DNA of 63,761 bases, the filler included, from Octopus bimaculoides (taxonomy: Eukaryota), in NCBI RefSeq assembly GCF_001194135.2. It is 4 parts of 4 records of this genome, joined end to end, with 100 filler letters (N's around TTAATTAATTAA, not from the genome) between each part and the next. Parts side by side here need not be neighbours in the genome. Positions count along the whole stretch, not along the records: positions 1 to 28,439 come from NC_068982.1; 3 more parts are not named here. One strand, 5' to 3'. Every line of letters begins with the position of its first letter. Within the stretch, counting starts at the first letter, position 1. Shown piece by piece: positions 12,960-24,888 of the stretch. The notes under the pieces were generated by a model. That model was not told the DNA's origin. It did no database searches and saw nothing but the letters and a program-made list of their open reading frames with translations. The position numbers and the translations under genes are program-made.

Positions 12960-13220
12960 CAGTCGTTGCTGGAAGGGCCCCGCGGCCGCGAGCCCACTCG
13001 CAGTGCGATCTAACGTTTAACTCTGCAAGTCACGCTTTGCTGTCTTACACAGACTATTCAAATACAATGACTTCGTTAGGTTTCCTTTACTGAAGCTGTA
13101 AACTAAAACAATAATTCTAGCAGAAAATTGCAGCTTGCGGCCAGAAGGTATCAGCTAGGCGTACCGGCGCAGTAAAATCGTCCATTCAAAGTGCGAAAGG
13201 CGGTTAACAACACGATCAGT
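12960..13220. promoter_or_regulatory. CpG-rich unique island, candidate promoter/first exon
   Basis: GC/CpG-dense patch (palindrome CGCGGCCGCG at 12981-12990) after a pyrimidine tract; splice donor AAG|gtatca at 13147/13148. Confidence 0.3.
13124..13147 (+). CDS. Candidate 24-nt exon (xKLQLAARR) of unidentified + strand gene, or 3' end of a non-coding first exon
   Basis: ctagcag| acceptor, |gtatca donor, phase 2-2 compatible with 15429. Confidence 0.25.
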
Positions 13221-13543
13221 TATAACAATAGGTATCTGACGGGATATATCTTTTGTCTTGTTTCTAGTGATTGTCGGCATTACTTTCTTGATACGTGCTC
13301 CAAGAGATATGATTACTACTTTCACACCAGTGCAACGCCGTCCACCTGCATACACTAACACTCATAACAACAGCATATAAAAGAATCACACGCACATACG
13401 AGCGCGTGCGCACGTACACACACACACACACACACACACACATAAACGCATGCACACATACGTACACATAACCACGACTAATTACACTCTTGTTCAGAAT
13501 AAGAGAAGCCACCACCACCACTACTACTACCACCACTACTACT

Positions 13544-13588
<45 letters not shown>

Positions 13589-13697
13589 GCTGCTGCTGTT
13601 GCTGCTGCTGTTGCTGCTGCTGCTACTGTTACTGTTGCTGCTGCTCATTCTGCTGGTATTACATTAGTTCATGCTTATATATATATGTGTATGTGTG

Positions 13698-13746
<49 letters not shown>

Positions 13747-13953
13747 GCGTGTGTCTGTGTGCGCGCGCACGTGTTAACATATGTGTGTGTGTGTATACAT
13801 GCATACAGCATACATATACAGGTGAAAACAGAAATTCCTTTAGGATATAAATGGCATAGAAAAAGTATACTTTGTTTTGATATATCTTAAACCCTATCTT
13901 TGCTATGAATATCTTTTGATCTACATGCGTACAAGCATACATACATACATACA

Positions 13954-13987
<34 letters not shown>

Positions 13988-14039
13988 CATTCACACACAG
14001 ATACACATATTACTCTAGCAAAATAGTTTACGAAAGATT

Positions 14040-14440
14040 AGAGGATATTCATAGTCTTAAAAGCAACAATATTTCATTAATCTCGCTCCTTTGTGGAGAT
14101 ATACTCGGATCAACCGGTTGGGCTGGTAGTATGAGCCACAGGTTCGAGGTCCAGCAATCTCTTAGTCATTGCAGTCAACGAAGATACTGGTGTTGGAGAC
14201 TGAGAGATAGAGCAAAGGCTATATAGGAGGTGTACATTAAGAATTTCTGCTCGGTATTCGCCATGATAGGTCACTAGCCACTAAAACTCTTTTTTTATTT
14301 TTTTTCCCTGTTTATTTCTGTGTTCCGTTCTGTCGAAGAGCGTAGGCTCGAAACGTAAAAGACTTTCTCACTTCCCAAGCGTTAATCTAATACATCTGTT
14401 TGTTGTTTACACACCCGTCTTCGTCTTTTGTTGTTTTGTA
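14040..14440 (+). mobile_element. Penelope-like element 3' end (degenerate GIY-YIG remnant plus pseudo-LTR)
   Basis: LCGDILGSTG...SHRF resembles the PLE endonuclease CxxC..YIGxT..RF segment; followed by a T-rich UTR carrying a hammerhead-like motif. Confidence 0.5.
14326..14361 (+). ncRNA. Minimal hammerhead-ribozyme-like motif (variant core)
   Basis: CGTT-CTGTCGAA-GAGC gtag GCTC-GAAAC GTA-AAAG: 4-bp stem II, GAAAC/GUA minimal stem III, imperfect stem I; core deviates from CUGANGA. Confidence 0.45.
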
Positions 14441-14577
14441 AAGTACCACTTAAACACTGGGGGTCGATATAATCGACTTAGTCCCTACCCCGAAATTACT
14501 CGCCTTGTGCCAAAATTTGAAATAAATAATACTTTTGAGTGGTAAAAAAAAGCAGTTGTAAACATTGGTATTATTAG

Positions 14578-14795
14578 GGTAGCAGCGAGCTGGCAGAATT
14601 GTGGCTGCATCAAACAATATCTAGCGCTATTTCTTCAGACGTTTTACGTTGTGAGTTCAAATCCCACCGAGATCAAATTTACCTTTCATCCTTTCGAGAT
14701 ATATAAAATAAAGTACCACATGAGACTGGGGTCAATAAGATCGGCTATCCTTCTTCTCCCTAAAATTGTTTGCTTTATGCCCAAATTGGAAATAG
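14578..14795 (+). mobile_element. SINE family A (diverged)
   Basis: GCGAGCTGGCAGAA head, GAGTTCAAATCC, core; a 3' fragment of another copy lies at about 14443-14525. Confidence 0.8.
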
Positions 14796-15428
14796 GGCAA
14801 CGACATTTCTTTCACTGTATTTTCCATCTCGAAACAGCAGCAGACGTCAGAAAGGAGCGCACGAATCGTACAAGTAATCACTGAGAAGGGAAAAAGAGAA
14901 TAAATAAAATAGATATTTAAGCCGGATTCCTGTACATTTGAAATATTAGAAGTGAAGAAAGTAGTTTATATGGGTATGGATGCAGCTGACATTGTGAATG
15001 GGAGACACTGAAATACGTTTTCTTTGATAAGACTTGAGTATCATGAAGACAAAAGTTGAAATGTTCCGTTGAAAATAAAAGCTAAATTGGCTGCGCGCTG
15101 TTTGAGGTCATTTAAAGGTACATTGGATAAAACACTATACAGTGTTGGACATGAACTAGCGATCTCACGGTTCGTCTCATAGTTTATCGATTCAGCTAAT
15201 GCAAGTATAATGCAATCTATTGATAGATTGTATATACAATCTTCATTAAATATTTTTCTTTTACGTGCACCATTGACGCTTATACACGAGATAAGACAGA
15301 AATAAGAGTTTTGTCTAACAAAATGACCTAACATCTAAAATAGTGTAGTAAATCACAAGTTATGCCCTGTTTAAAACAACGCGAACCTTCATACTATTAT
15401 TTTATCTTGTTGCTTTTTTAATTAACAG

Positions 15429-15524
15429 ATCCCTTTATCATGTAGCAAACAGAGAGATACTAATGAGAGCAGTATTATGTTTGCCTCTTAATCCGAACCA
15501 GAGCAATATTGGATCCTCGCTAAG
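15429..15524 (+). CDS. Candidate internal exon SLYHVANREILMRAVLCLPLNPNQSNIGSSL
   Basis: Strong pyrimidine tract + aacag| acceptor, AAG|gtgggt donor, 96 nt, only the phase 2-2 frame is open. Confidence 0.45.
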
Positions 15525-16835
15525 GTGGGTTCAATAGTCACGGTGTCGGAGGTGATGAGGAATCTTTATACACATCTGAAAACCTCTCAAAATACACGCT
15601 ATGCAGAATTCCTGCACCCTAGAGTTCAACCTACTAATGATGCATGATTTTAGTGATCTGCGTTGAGCGGGTAAAAAATTGGGGAATTTTTTCAAAGGAT
15701 AAAGTACAGCGTCTGCGACGAAATTGATTATCCGCCGTTGAACGAGTTGTTATTGATAAAGTCCAATCTATATTTTTAATTGTATGATAATATCCGCAAA
15801 ATATTTTTCATCATTTTAGTACTGATTTAATCCCGCCGCTGTAAAATTATAAAGTTAACCACCAGATTCCATTCAGTTACGGACAAACCATTGAGTTGTT
15901 CCATTGGTGCTGTTATGTGATGAAGTGGTGTGAATGTTAAGAAACTTCAAAACTGTATTTCAAGAAAATGACATTACGAATGAACATTTTCTGATGTTGT
16001 TATTGTTGTTAACCCGCAGATCAGCTTTGAGGGAACAGACTTTTAGGCATCCTAGCCGTGACCATCCCATCATTTTTGAACATTAAGAACTACAGTGTAG
16101 CATTCTTTACAATGTAGTATTCTTTATTTAAGACAATTGTGGATTGACAGAGAAATTACTCTTATTTTGAGCAGTCGAACGTTCAAATTATTCTACTGTG
16201 ATGCAATTGTTGCAAGGCGCCATGGATAGCAACAGAAAGGACTAGTTTCATAATTACTTAAGAACTCATTAAGAATTATTCCTCTCCTCATCCTTAACTG
16301 CTAATGATATTAGCTAAAAGGTAAACAATTAAATGTAAACAACTATGAGACGTAGCAGAAACTCATTTACATTGTGGCACAAGGTTGACAATAACTACCA
16401 GAGTACATCATTGTCCTGTCACCAACCTCTTACCATTATGTAAATGAATGCTTACCTTGTTACATACTTGTTTACATTTTAGTAAGTAGCCCTAAGCTAT
16501 TATTATCACCAGTTTGGGAAGTTCAGATGAGTTGATCTCATTAAATAAGTAGGAATCAGGCCGGTTCGATCCTCATGGCCTTAATTTCACAGTCAGGCTG
16601 AAAACTTAAAGATATGAAGCTATGTATCATTTAATTATTTACTGATAAATTAATTAACCTTATCAAAGCAATGAATTGATAGAAAGGATGACGCATTTGC
16701 GCTTCTACCTATCTACATCTTGAGTTCCATCAGGCTGTACTTTCCTTTTATCAGGCCGAGGTTGATAAAATGAATACCAATAAAAATTGGATTACGTTTC
16801 CCTTTTACAAATATATTGTTAAAATTCCTCATTAG

Positions 16836-16968
16836 AAATATCATGCTGCCAAATACTGGACCTTTTTCTTTGATTGTGTCGTGTGCCACATTTCCGGTTA
16901 GCCCCTTAAATGAATTTGAAGAGGCATTCACCGTGGCTCGTTTCGTACAGAATATGAAAACATTTCCA
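16836..16968 (+). CDS. Candidate internal exon NIMLPNTGPFSLIVSCATFPVSPLNEFEEAFTVARFVQNMKTFP
   Basis: cctcattag| acceptor, CCA|gtaaaa donor (alternative at 16896), phase 2-0 bridges 15524 and 24782. Confidence 0.3.
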
Positions 16969-17620
16969 GTAAAATACGCTGCATCAACTAACTCGGATTA
17001 AATTTAATATTTCCTCAGTCAGAAATCGAGTTATAGGAATAGACAGGAGTGAAGGTGAGCCTTAAAATAGAGGGTAGCATATAATTTGCTTTACATACAT
17101 ACATACATACACAGAGGCGGGGAGAGAGAGAGTGAATGAGTGAGAGAGGGGGCGGGAAAGAGAGTAAAATACTTTTGCAAGAAATAGAAACGTGTATAGT
17201 GACGAGCAATGACGTCAGTATAACAGTATTAATGCTGGTATTTCAAAAGATTGTTAGTTTAGCCCCTGTGTAGCCCTCAGCCTGTAGATGGTTTATAATT
17301 TGTAACCATCCTATCTTTGATTAGATACATTCTATCGCAGTTTATATTACTTAAGGTGTACATTTTACTTTGAGAACAATGTGTTATGTGAGAATGACTT
17401 GACTGCTATTTCCTGCATGTTGAGCGGCTACCTTGTTGGTTTGCATGACAGTAGCTGTTGAACGTTGATGGAAGGAAGCAGTCCAAAATTTATACAGGTT
17501 GTTTAGGATCTGAACCAAACACTTGGGAGCAGTGACGCAGCTGATAGGGAAGCAAGTGGAGCGACTGCTTCCTCCGAGTACGTTTTCGAAAATTGGCGCC
17601 TTTTATAAAATGTATAATCT

Positions 17621-17832
17621 TTTCTATTCTAGGCACAAGGCTCGGAATTTTAGGGGAAGGGACCAGTCGATTAAATCGACTCCAGTACACAACTGGTACT
17701 TAATTTATCGACCCTGGAAGGATGAAAGGCAAAGTCGACCTCGACGGAATTTGAACTTAGAACATAAAGACAGATGAAATACCGCTAAGCATGTCGCCCG
17801 GCGTGCTAACGTTTCTGCCAGCTCGCCGCCTT
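17621..17832 (-). mobile_element. SINE family A, well-preserved, with 15-bp TSD
   Basis: Full length; ATAAAATGTATAATC at 17605-17619 and 17834-17848. Confidence 0.92.
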
Positions 17833-18320
17833 CATAAAATGTATAATCAATGAGTTAAAAATTGTTAGGTACGTGCCACAGCGCCTTTTTTATAATGATG
17901 AACTTATTGCATACAATGCTCAGTCGCTCCACCTTAACTATAGAACCTGGCTACGCGCTTACTTGGAGGGCATCGGACAATGCAGCACACAGAAAAAACT
18001 GTTCTGGACTGTCTTATTTTTTTATGTATGGTTTATGAATAAACATCAGCGAACAAACTCATCCGGCCTATTGATTTTCTGCCTACATTTACACCGTTGA
18101 CTTAATTATGTGGTAACTAATGAAATGAAACTAATATGAGGTGTGAGAAATGACGTGATGAACTCAGTGAACTTCTTGCTCTCCAAAATTTCCAAAATTT
18201 GAGGAATTAAGCTTTCATCTGCTTATTCACTCTCCAATGGACTCAGTTGCTTCTGCACAGTAATTTTTTTTAGAGATAATTGAAGACGACTACAAGCGCT
18301 AACAATATTAACGCAAACAA

Positions 18321-18540
18321 GGGCGGTGAGCTGGCAGAACCGTTAGCATGCCGGGAGAAATGCTTAGCGGTATTTCGTCTACCGTTACGTTCTGAGTTCA
18401 AATTCCGCCAAGGTCGACTTTACTTCTTATCCTTTCGGGGTCCATAAAATAAGTACCAGTTAAACACTGGGGTTGATGTATTCGACTTATCCCCCTCCCC
18501 TGAAATTGCTGGTCTTCTACCAAAATTTGAAACCGACATT
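18321..18540 (+). mobile_element. SINE family A
   Basis: Full length GGCGGTGAGCTGGCAGAA...TTTGAAACC. Confidence 0.9.
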
Positions 18541-18557
18541 AACGCAAGCAAGCAACA

Positions 18558-18772
18558 AAGCGGTGAGCTGGCAGAATCGTTAACACGCTGGGCAAAATGC
18601 TTAACGGCGCGTGCCTGTCACTATGTTCTGAGTTCAAATTTCCCCGAGGTTGAATTTGCCTTTCATCATTCTGGGTTTGATAAAGTAAGTACCAGTTGAG
18701 TACTAAGTTCGATTTAATGAACTTAGTCCCACCCCCAAAATGCTGGCCTTGTGCCAAAATTTGAAACCATTA
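18558..18772 (+). mobile_element. SINE family A, tandem second copy
   Basis: Full length, immediately after the previous copy. Confidence 0.9.
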
Positions 18773-18861
18773 TTAACACAAACAACAGCATGAATAACAA
18801 CAACAACAATAATACAAGAGTAAGCCATCATTCACAGTAACCCACCAAATTTATTTCTATA

Positions 18862-18982
18862 GTTAAGGGTACACGTGTCTGTGGAGTGCTCAGCCACTTG
18901 CACGTTAATTTCACGAGCAGGCTGTTCCGTTGATCGGATCAATTGGAACTCTCGACGTCGTAAGCGACGGAGTGCCAACAAC
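18862..18982 (+). mobile_element. SINE family B, 5'-truncated
   Basis: Near-identical to 59365-59486, ends in CAACAAC. Confidence 0.85.
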
Positions 18983-19268
18983 ATACCTGTCACACACATA
19001 TACAGGCTCACTTATTCACGCCCCTCCCCTGCATACATACATACACACATACACACACACATATACATACGCATGCGCACGTACACACACATATACATAC
19101 ATACATACGCACGCGCACGCACGCACACACACACACACATACACGCATACACACCGACACACATGGAGAGAGCGAAAGTGAGAAGGAGAGTAAGAGAAAA
19201 AGAGTGAATTGTCAAATCTCATGGGATTCCCTTTTCTGTCCATCTTGCATACACTTTTCTTCTGCCAG

Positions 19269-19452
19269 TTCGCTGTAAAACATTCTCTTGGGGAGTCGTG
19301 TCTCAAGCTTTCGTGATCAAATCTTCATCAACTTTTTAAAGATTCACTTGGAATAGAAAATAATGGTGGAGAAGGAAGTTCTGCTTCCCAGCAGATTTGT
19401 TGAAAGATGGATGACTGTGGCGAGCATGGGCTGAATGAACAGGCTGGTCCGA
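19269..19452 (+). CDS. Candidate start-codon exon (5'UTR + MDDCGEHGLNEQAGP from ATG 19407)
   Basis: cttttcttctgccag| acceptor, aagATGG context, CCGA|gtatgc donor. Confidence 0.3.
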
Positions 19453-19590
19453 GTATGCGCCTATAGTTTGGAGAGGGACAACTTGGAGAGGATCTTGCCT
19501 TAGAGCCCGGCATATCAGTTTTTTTTTCTGTAAATTTTCAACGATTAACACGCGAATGTCTTCCCTTGCACTTCTGATGAATCGTTCTTT

Positions 19591-19643
<53 letters not shown>

Positions 19644-20095
19644 NNNNNNNNNNNNNNNNNNNNNNNNNNNNNNNNNNNNNNNNNNNNNNNNNNNNNNNNN
19701 NNNNNNNNNNNNNNNNNNNNNNNNNNNNNNNNNNNNNNNNNNNNNNNNNNNNNNNNNNNNNNNNNNNNNNNNNNNNNNNNNNNNNNNNNNNNNNNNNNNN
19801 NNNNNNNNNNNNNNNNNNNNNNNNNNNNNNNNNNNNNNNNNNNNNNNNNNNNNNNNNNNNNNNNNNNNNNNNNNNNNNNNNNNNNNNNNNNNNNNNNNNN
19901 NNNNNNNNNNNNNNNNNNNNNNNNNNNNNNNNNNNNNNNNNNNNNNNNNNNNNNNNNNNNNNNNNNNNNNNNNNNNNNNNNNNNNNNNNNNNNNNNNNNN
20001 NNNNNNNNNNNNNNNNNNNNNNNNNNNNNNNNNNNNNNNNNNNNNNNNNNNNNNNNNNNNNNNNNNNNNNNNNNNNNNNNNNNNNNNNNNNNNNN

Positions 20096-20152
20096 CCAAA
20101 GCCACCTAGTGGCTATTATTATCAATACATGGACCAGGATGTCGTTGAATAG
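20096..20152 (+). CDS. Candidate terminal coding piece PKPPSGYYYQYMDQDVVE-stop emerging from a gap
   Basis: Complex peptide ending in TAG; (CT)n tract precedes the gap; AATAAA at about 20437 and 20500. Confidence 0.25.
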   Translation, partial: PKPPSGYYYQYMDQDVVE

Positions 20153-21691
20153 CTTCAGTTAGCTCAACGCACGCAAACACATAGTACAGCTGATTGCTTA
20201 AAACTCTTGCCTCATTCTTATTGTAGAGTATGCTTTTACATTTTCTAAGACGTGTACTCCGATTTAACAATGTACTAAGAGCGAAATCTAGCAGCCATTT
20301 GAAGCAGATCGTGTGCAGTAAAGTCTGTCTACAGTTTTTTTCTTCTTTTAGACAGCTTAATATATCGTGTGATTTAGTAATTTCACTCATCTTTTGCTCT
20401 CTGATATGTAACAAATACATTTTTTTAAACCTTAAAAAATAAAAGTGCAAGTAGGATGATGTGACGCTTATAAATTTTAAAATGTGCTAGCAATATACAA
20501 ATAAAATTGAATCGTAAATGAAGTGAAATCGTCTTCGGTTTTGACGTTGTAATGAAATAAACGAACACAAGATTGTATAAGTGCGTGAGGCAAATTGGTT
20601 ACAACTTAGCATTAAAACATAAGCCCATCCTTCTACAACCCCCTCCATCCTCTCTCTCTCTCCATCCTCTCTCTCTCTCCATCCTCTCTCTCTCTCCATC
20701 CTCTCTCTCTCTNNNNNNNNNNNNNNNNNNNNNNNNNNNNNNNNNNNNNNNNNNNNNNNNNNNNNNNNNNNNNNNNNNNNNNNNNNNNNNNNNNNNNNNN
20801 NNNNNNNNNNNNNNNNNNNNNNNNNNNNNNNNNNNNNNNNNNNNNNNNNNNNNNNNNNNNNNNNNNNNNNNNNNNNNNNNNNNNNNNNNNNNNNNNNNNN
20901 NNNNNNNNNNNNNNNNNNNNNNNNNNNNNNNNNNNNNNNNNNNNNNNNNNNNNNNNNNNNNNNNNNNNNNNNNNNNNNNNNNNNNNNNNNNNNNNNNNNN
21001 NNNNNNNNNNNNNNNNNNNNNNNNNNNNNNNNNNNNNNNNNNNNNNNNNNNNNNNNNNNNNNNNNNNNNNNNNNNNNNNNNNNNNNNNNNNNNNNNNNNN
21101 NNNNNNNNNNNNNNNNNNNNNNNNNNNNNNNNNNNNNNNNNNNNNNNNNNNNNNNNNNNNNNNNNNNNNNNNNNNNNNNNNNNNNNNNNNNNNNNNNNNN
21201 NNNNNNNNNNNNNNNNNNNNNNNNNNNNNNNNNNNNNNNNNNNNNNNNNNNNNNNNNNNNNNNNNNNNNNNNNNNNNNNNNNNNNNNNNNNNNNNNNNNN
21301 NNNNNNNNNNNNNNNNNNNNNNNNNNNNNNNNNNNNNNNNNNNNNNNNNNNNNNNNNNNNNNNNNNNNNNNNNNNNNNNNNNNNNNNNNNNNNNNNNNNN
21401 NNNNNNNNNNNNNNNNNNNNNNNNNNNNNNNNNNNNNNNNNNNNNNNNNNNNNNNNNNNNNNNNNNNNNNNNNNNNNNNNNNNNNNNNNNNNNNNNNNNN
21501 NNNNNNNNNNNNNNNNNNNNNNNNNNNNNNNNNNNNNNNNNNNNNNNNNNNNNNNNNNNNNNNNNNNNNNNNNNNNNNNNNNNNNNNNNNGCAATTTTCG
21601 GATACAACCATTAAGTTCACACAACACATTACATTACGGACTTACACACGCGCGCCCACGTGCACAAACACACACACACACACATGCCCCC

Positions 21692-21724
<33 letters not shown>

Positions 21725-21725
21725 G

Positions 21726-21756
<31 letters not shown>

Positions 21757-22367
21757 ACAAACACACGCACAGACACGCATGCCCCCACACATTATATTAA
21801 GATTGAAAGGATCTGTACAATGCACATTAAATACCGATTACAAAACAACAAAGTATGTTCAATCTCTCCATCTTTTTTTCACTCGATCAATTATTATGGC
21901 TATGATTATTGTTGTTGTTGTTGTTGTTGTTGCTGGTGGTGGGAGTGGCGGTGTCGCTGCTGCAATAGTTATTGTGGTTGTGATGATGATTGACTAATTT
22001 TGCCATAGCAGTGTAGCGAACAGCACCGCCTCTATTCATGCAGTCACGATTCACTTCGATGGCGTAAAGACACCAGCTCTGTTCTAATGACCCGACCTGG
22101 AAGGGGTAAAAATCATTACACTATACACAATGCGGTTTGAACGAAATCACGTGGTCTACGAACAATCACAAGCACTGATTCACCATTTCTAAATCGGAAA
22201 CTTGCGAATAGTTATATATATATATATGTGTGTGTGCATGTGTGTATGTATGTATGCATGTATATCTTACATATACATACACACACACATACAAATTTGT
22301 GTGTGGGCATATGCATATATATACATATATAGACACATACATACATATCTATTTATCTATCTATCCA

Positions 22368-22398
<31 letters not shown>

Positions 22399-23524
22399 NN
22401 NNNNNNNNNNNNNNNNNNNNNNNNNNNNNNNNNNNNNNNNNNNNNNNNNNNNNNNNNNNNNNNNNNNNNNNNNNNNNNNNNNNNNNNNNNNNNNNNNNNN
22501 NNNNNNNNNNNNNNNNNNNNNNNNNNNNNNNNNNNNNNNNNNNNNNNNNNNNNNNNNNNNNNNNNNNNNNNNNNNNNNNNNNNNNNNNNNNNNNNNNNNN
22601 NNNNNNNNNNNNNNNNNNNNNNNNNNNNNNNNNNNNNNNNNNNNNNNNNNNNNNNNNNNNNNNNNNNNNNNNNNNNNNNNNNNNNNNNNNNNNNNNNNNN
22701 NNNNNNNNNNNNNNNNNNNNNNNNNNNNNNNNNNNNNNNNNNNNNNNNNNNNNNNNNNNNNNNNNNNNNNNNNNNNNNNNNNNNNNNNNNNNNNNNNNNN
22801 NNNNNNNNNNNNNNNNNNNNNNNNNNNNNNNNNNNNNNNNNNNNNNNNNNNAAAAAAAAAAAAAAAAGACAACAGAAAGAAAGGAAGCCCAATTGAAAAC
22901 CTTTCCAAGAGATCGGTATTTTGTTTTCAATGATTTTTCTGTTTCTTCGCCATTCAATAATATATTAAGGACAAATAAGCAACAGAAAAACATTTTCCAC
23001 ATTCTATTTTGTACTTTTACTCCTGCTTTCCTTTCTTTCTTTACTTTCTCTCTCTCTCTCTCTCTTCATTTCTTTCTTTGTTCCTTCCTTTCTTTCTCTC
23101 TTTTACTCCGTTTGTTTATTTCTTTCTTGCTTTGTTTCTTTTTTTTTCTTCTCTCTTCTTTTTCGTTCATCTTTGTTTTTTCTTCTTCCTTAGATCCGTC
23201 CCCTTTTGTATCTTCTCTCTAACATCTAAAGTAGTATCTGCATGCAGCTACCTCTTTCTTCAAAGGAACCAATTCATTACCAGTAGAGACTTCTTAATAT
23301 TTATTCTCTTAATATTTATTCTCACGCCCACTTCACTACGTTCCTTTCAAGTTTCTGTTTTGTTCCTCGCATCTTCTTCTCCCACCAACAACTCACACCA
23401 TTACATCTTTTCATACCAAACGTGGGTACCAAAAATGCTTTGTTGCATTTCTCTCCACCACATCCATCATCTGTTTCTTAACTTGCCTTCATTCTCTTTT
23501 CCTTCTTTCCTAATCTTTTACATC

Positions 23525-23738
23525 GTTTCGAATTTTGGCACAAGGCCAGTAATTTTAAGGGTTGAGGTAAGTCAGTTACATCGATCCCACTGTTCAACCT
23601 AGCTCAATTCATCAACTCTGAAAGGACGAAAGGCAAACTCGATCTCGGCGGAATTCGAACTCAGAGCTTAAAGAGCTAAAAGAAATATCGCAAATCATTT
23701 TACTTGACTCTCTAACGATTCTGCCAGCTCACCACCTC
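23525..23738 (-). mobile_element. SINE family A
   Basis: Reverse-complement full copy. Confidence 0.85.
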
Positions 23739-23756
23739 TTTTATCTTACATATCCT

Positions 23757-23966
23757 TTCTTCTAAAGGCACAAGGCCTGAAATTTAGGGGGAAGGCGACT
23801 AGCCGATTACATCGACCCCAGTGTTTCACTGGTACTTAATTCATCGACCTCGAAAAAGCGAAAGGCAAAGTCGACCTCGGTGGAATTCGAACTCAAAGCG
23901 TAAAGAACTAGAAGAAATGTCACAAAGCATTTTGTCCGATGCTCTAACGACTCTGCCAGATAGCCG
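23757..23966 (-). mobile_element. SINE family A, tandem second copy
   Basis: Reverse-complement full copy. Confidence 0.85.
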
Positions 23967-24651
23967 TTTTTCCTTTATTTTACATATCAATTTCTACCAC
24001 AACATTTAGTTCATATTCATATCTTTCATCCGACAACATTTAATTTACTTTCAAACGTTTATTTTCCGACATCAAGCAAACACAAGCAAACACACTAAAT
24101 AGAAAGTAATTCTCAATCAGGCTGAATTTCAATTCTATGCCATGATTTTATCTATTCCTTGATGGTATTCTATCTTAATTTATCTCATTTTATTTTGTTT
24201 CATTCATTTTCTTGTGTATTTATATTTCTTTGGCCACACCTTTGCTCCAACTTTCTGCTAAAGTTACTATTCCAACATTCCCGCCTATTTTCGGCTTGGC
24301 GGTTTCAACATATTTAACTAGCGTTATTTATATCTGCTGACTTCTATAATCTCCTAAACATTTATAGGCGGAGTCAGTCAGTCAAACGAAATCAATACAG
24401 TAATTTAACTGGTGTTGTAGGTTCAACTAAAATCGATAACAACATGTTCGTGTAATATCACTTACTCTTCACCAAAGACAAAGATAAAGTGAAATGGGAA
24501 GTGCAACATTCATGCCTTTTCCACGCATACACACACGCACATATATATCTATGTATATGTGTGTGTAGGTATGTATGTGCGTACGTGTATATGTGCTTAT
24601 ACACTCACACACTATATATATGCATAGATATGTGCATGTACATATATATAT

Positions 24652-24686
<35 letters not shown>

Positions 24687-24781
24687 TGAGAGACATATAA
24701 GAGTTACTAAACAGTTTCATAGACACAATAATTCGGCAGATTCATATAACGTGCCTTTGCGTTTCGAAGCAATCTTTCTAG

Positions 24782-24888
24782 CTCAGTACAGATGGTTACT
24801 TGTATTTGAAAACCAGGACGCTGGTCCATGAGAAATCTCTAGAAAATACGCGAAGGTTGATGGAAAAAATGGAAAGAGAAGTCGAAGA
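24782..24888 (+). CDS. Candidate exon LSTDGYLYLKTRTLVHEKSLENTRRLMEKMEREVE
   Basis: tctttctag| acceptor; GA|gtga donor at gap edge; single open frame with helical/coiled-coil-like composition. Confidence 0.5.
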
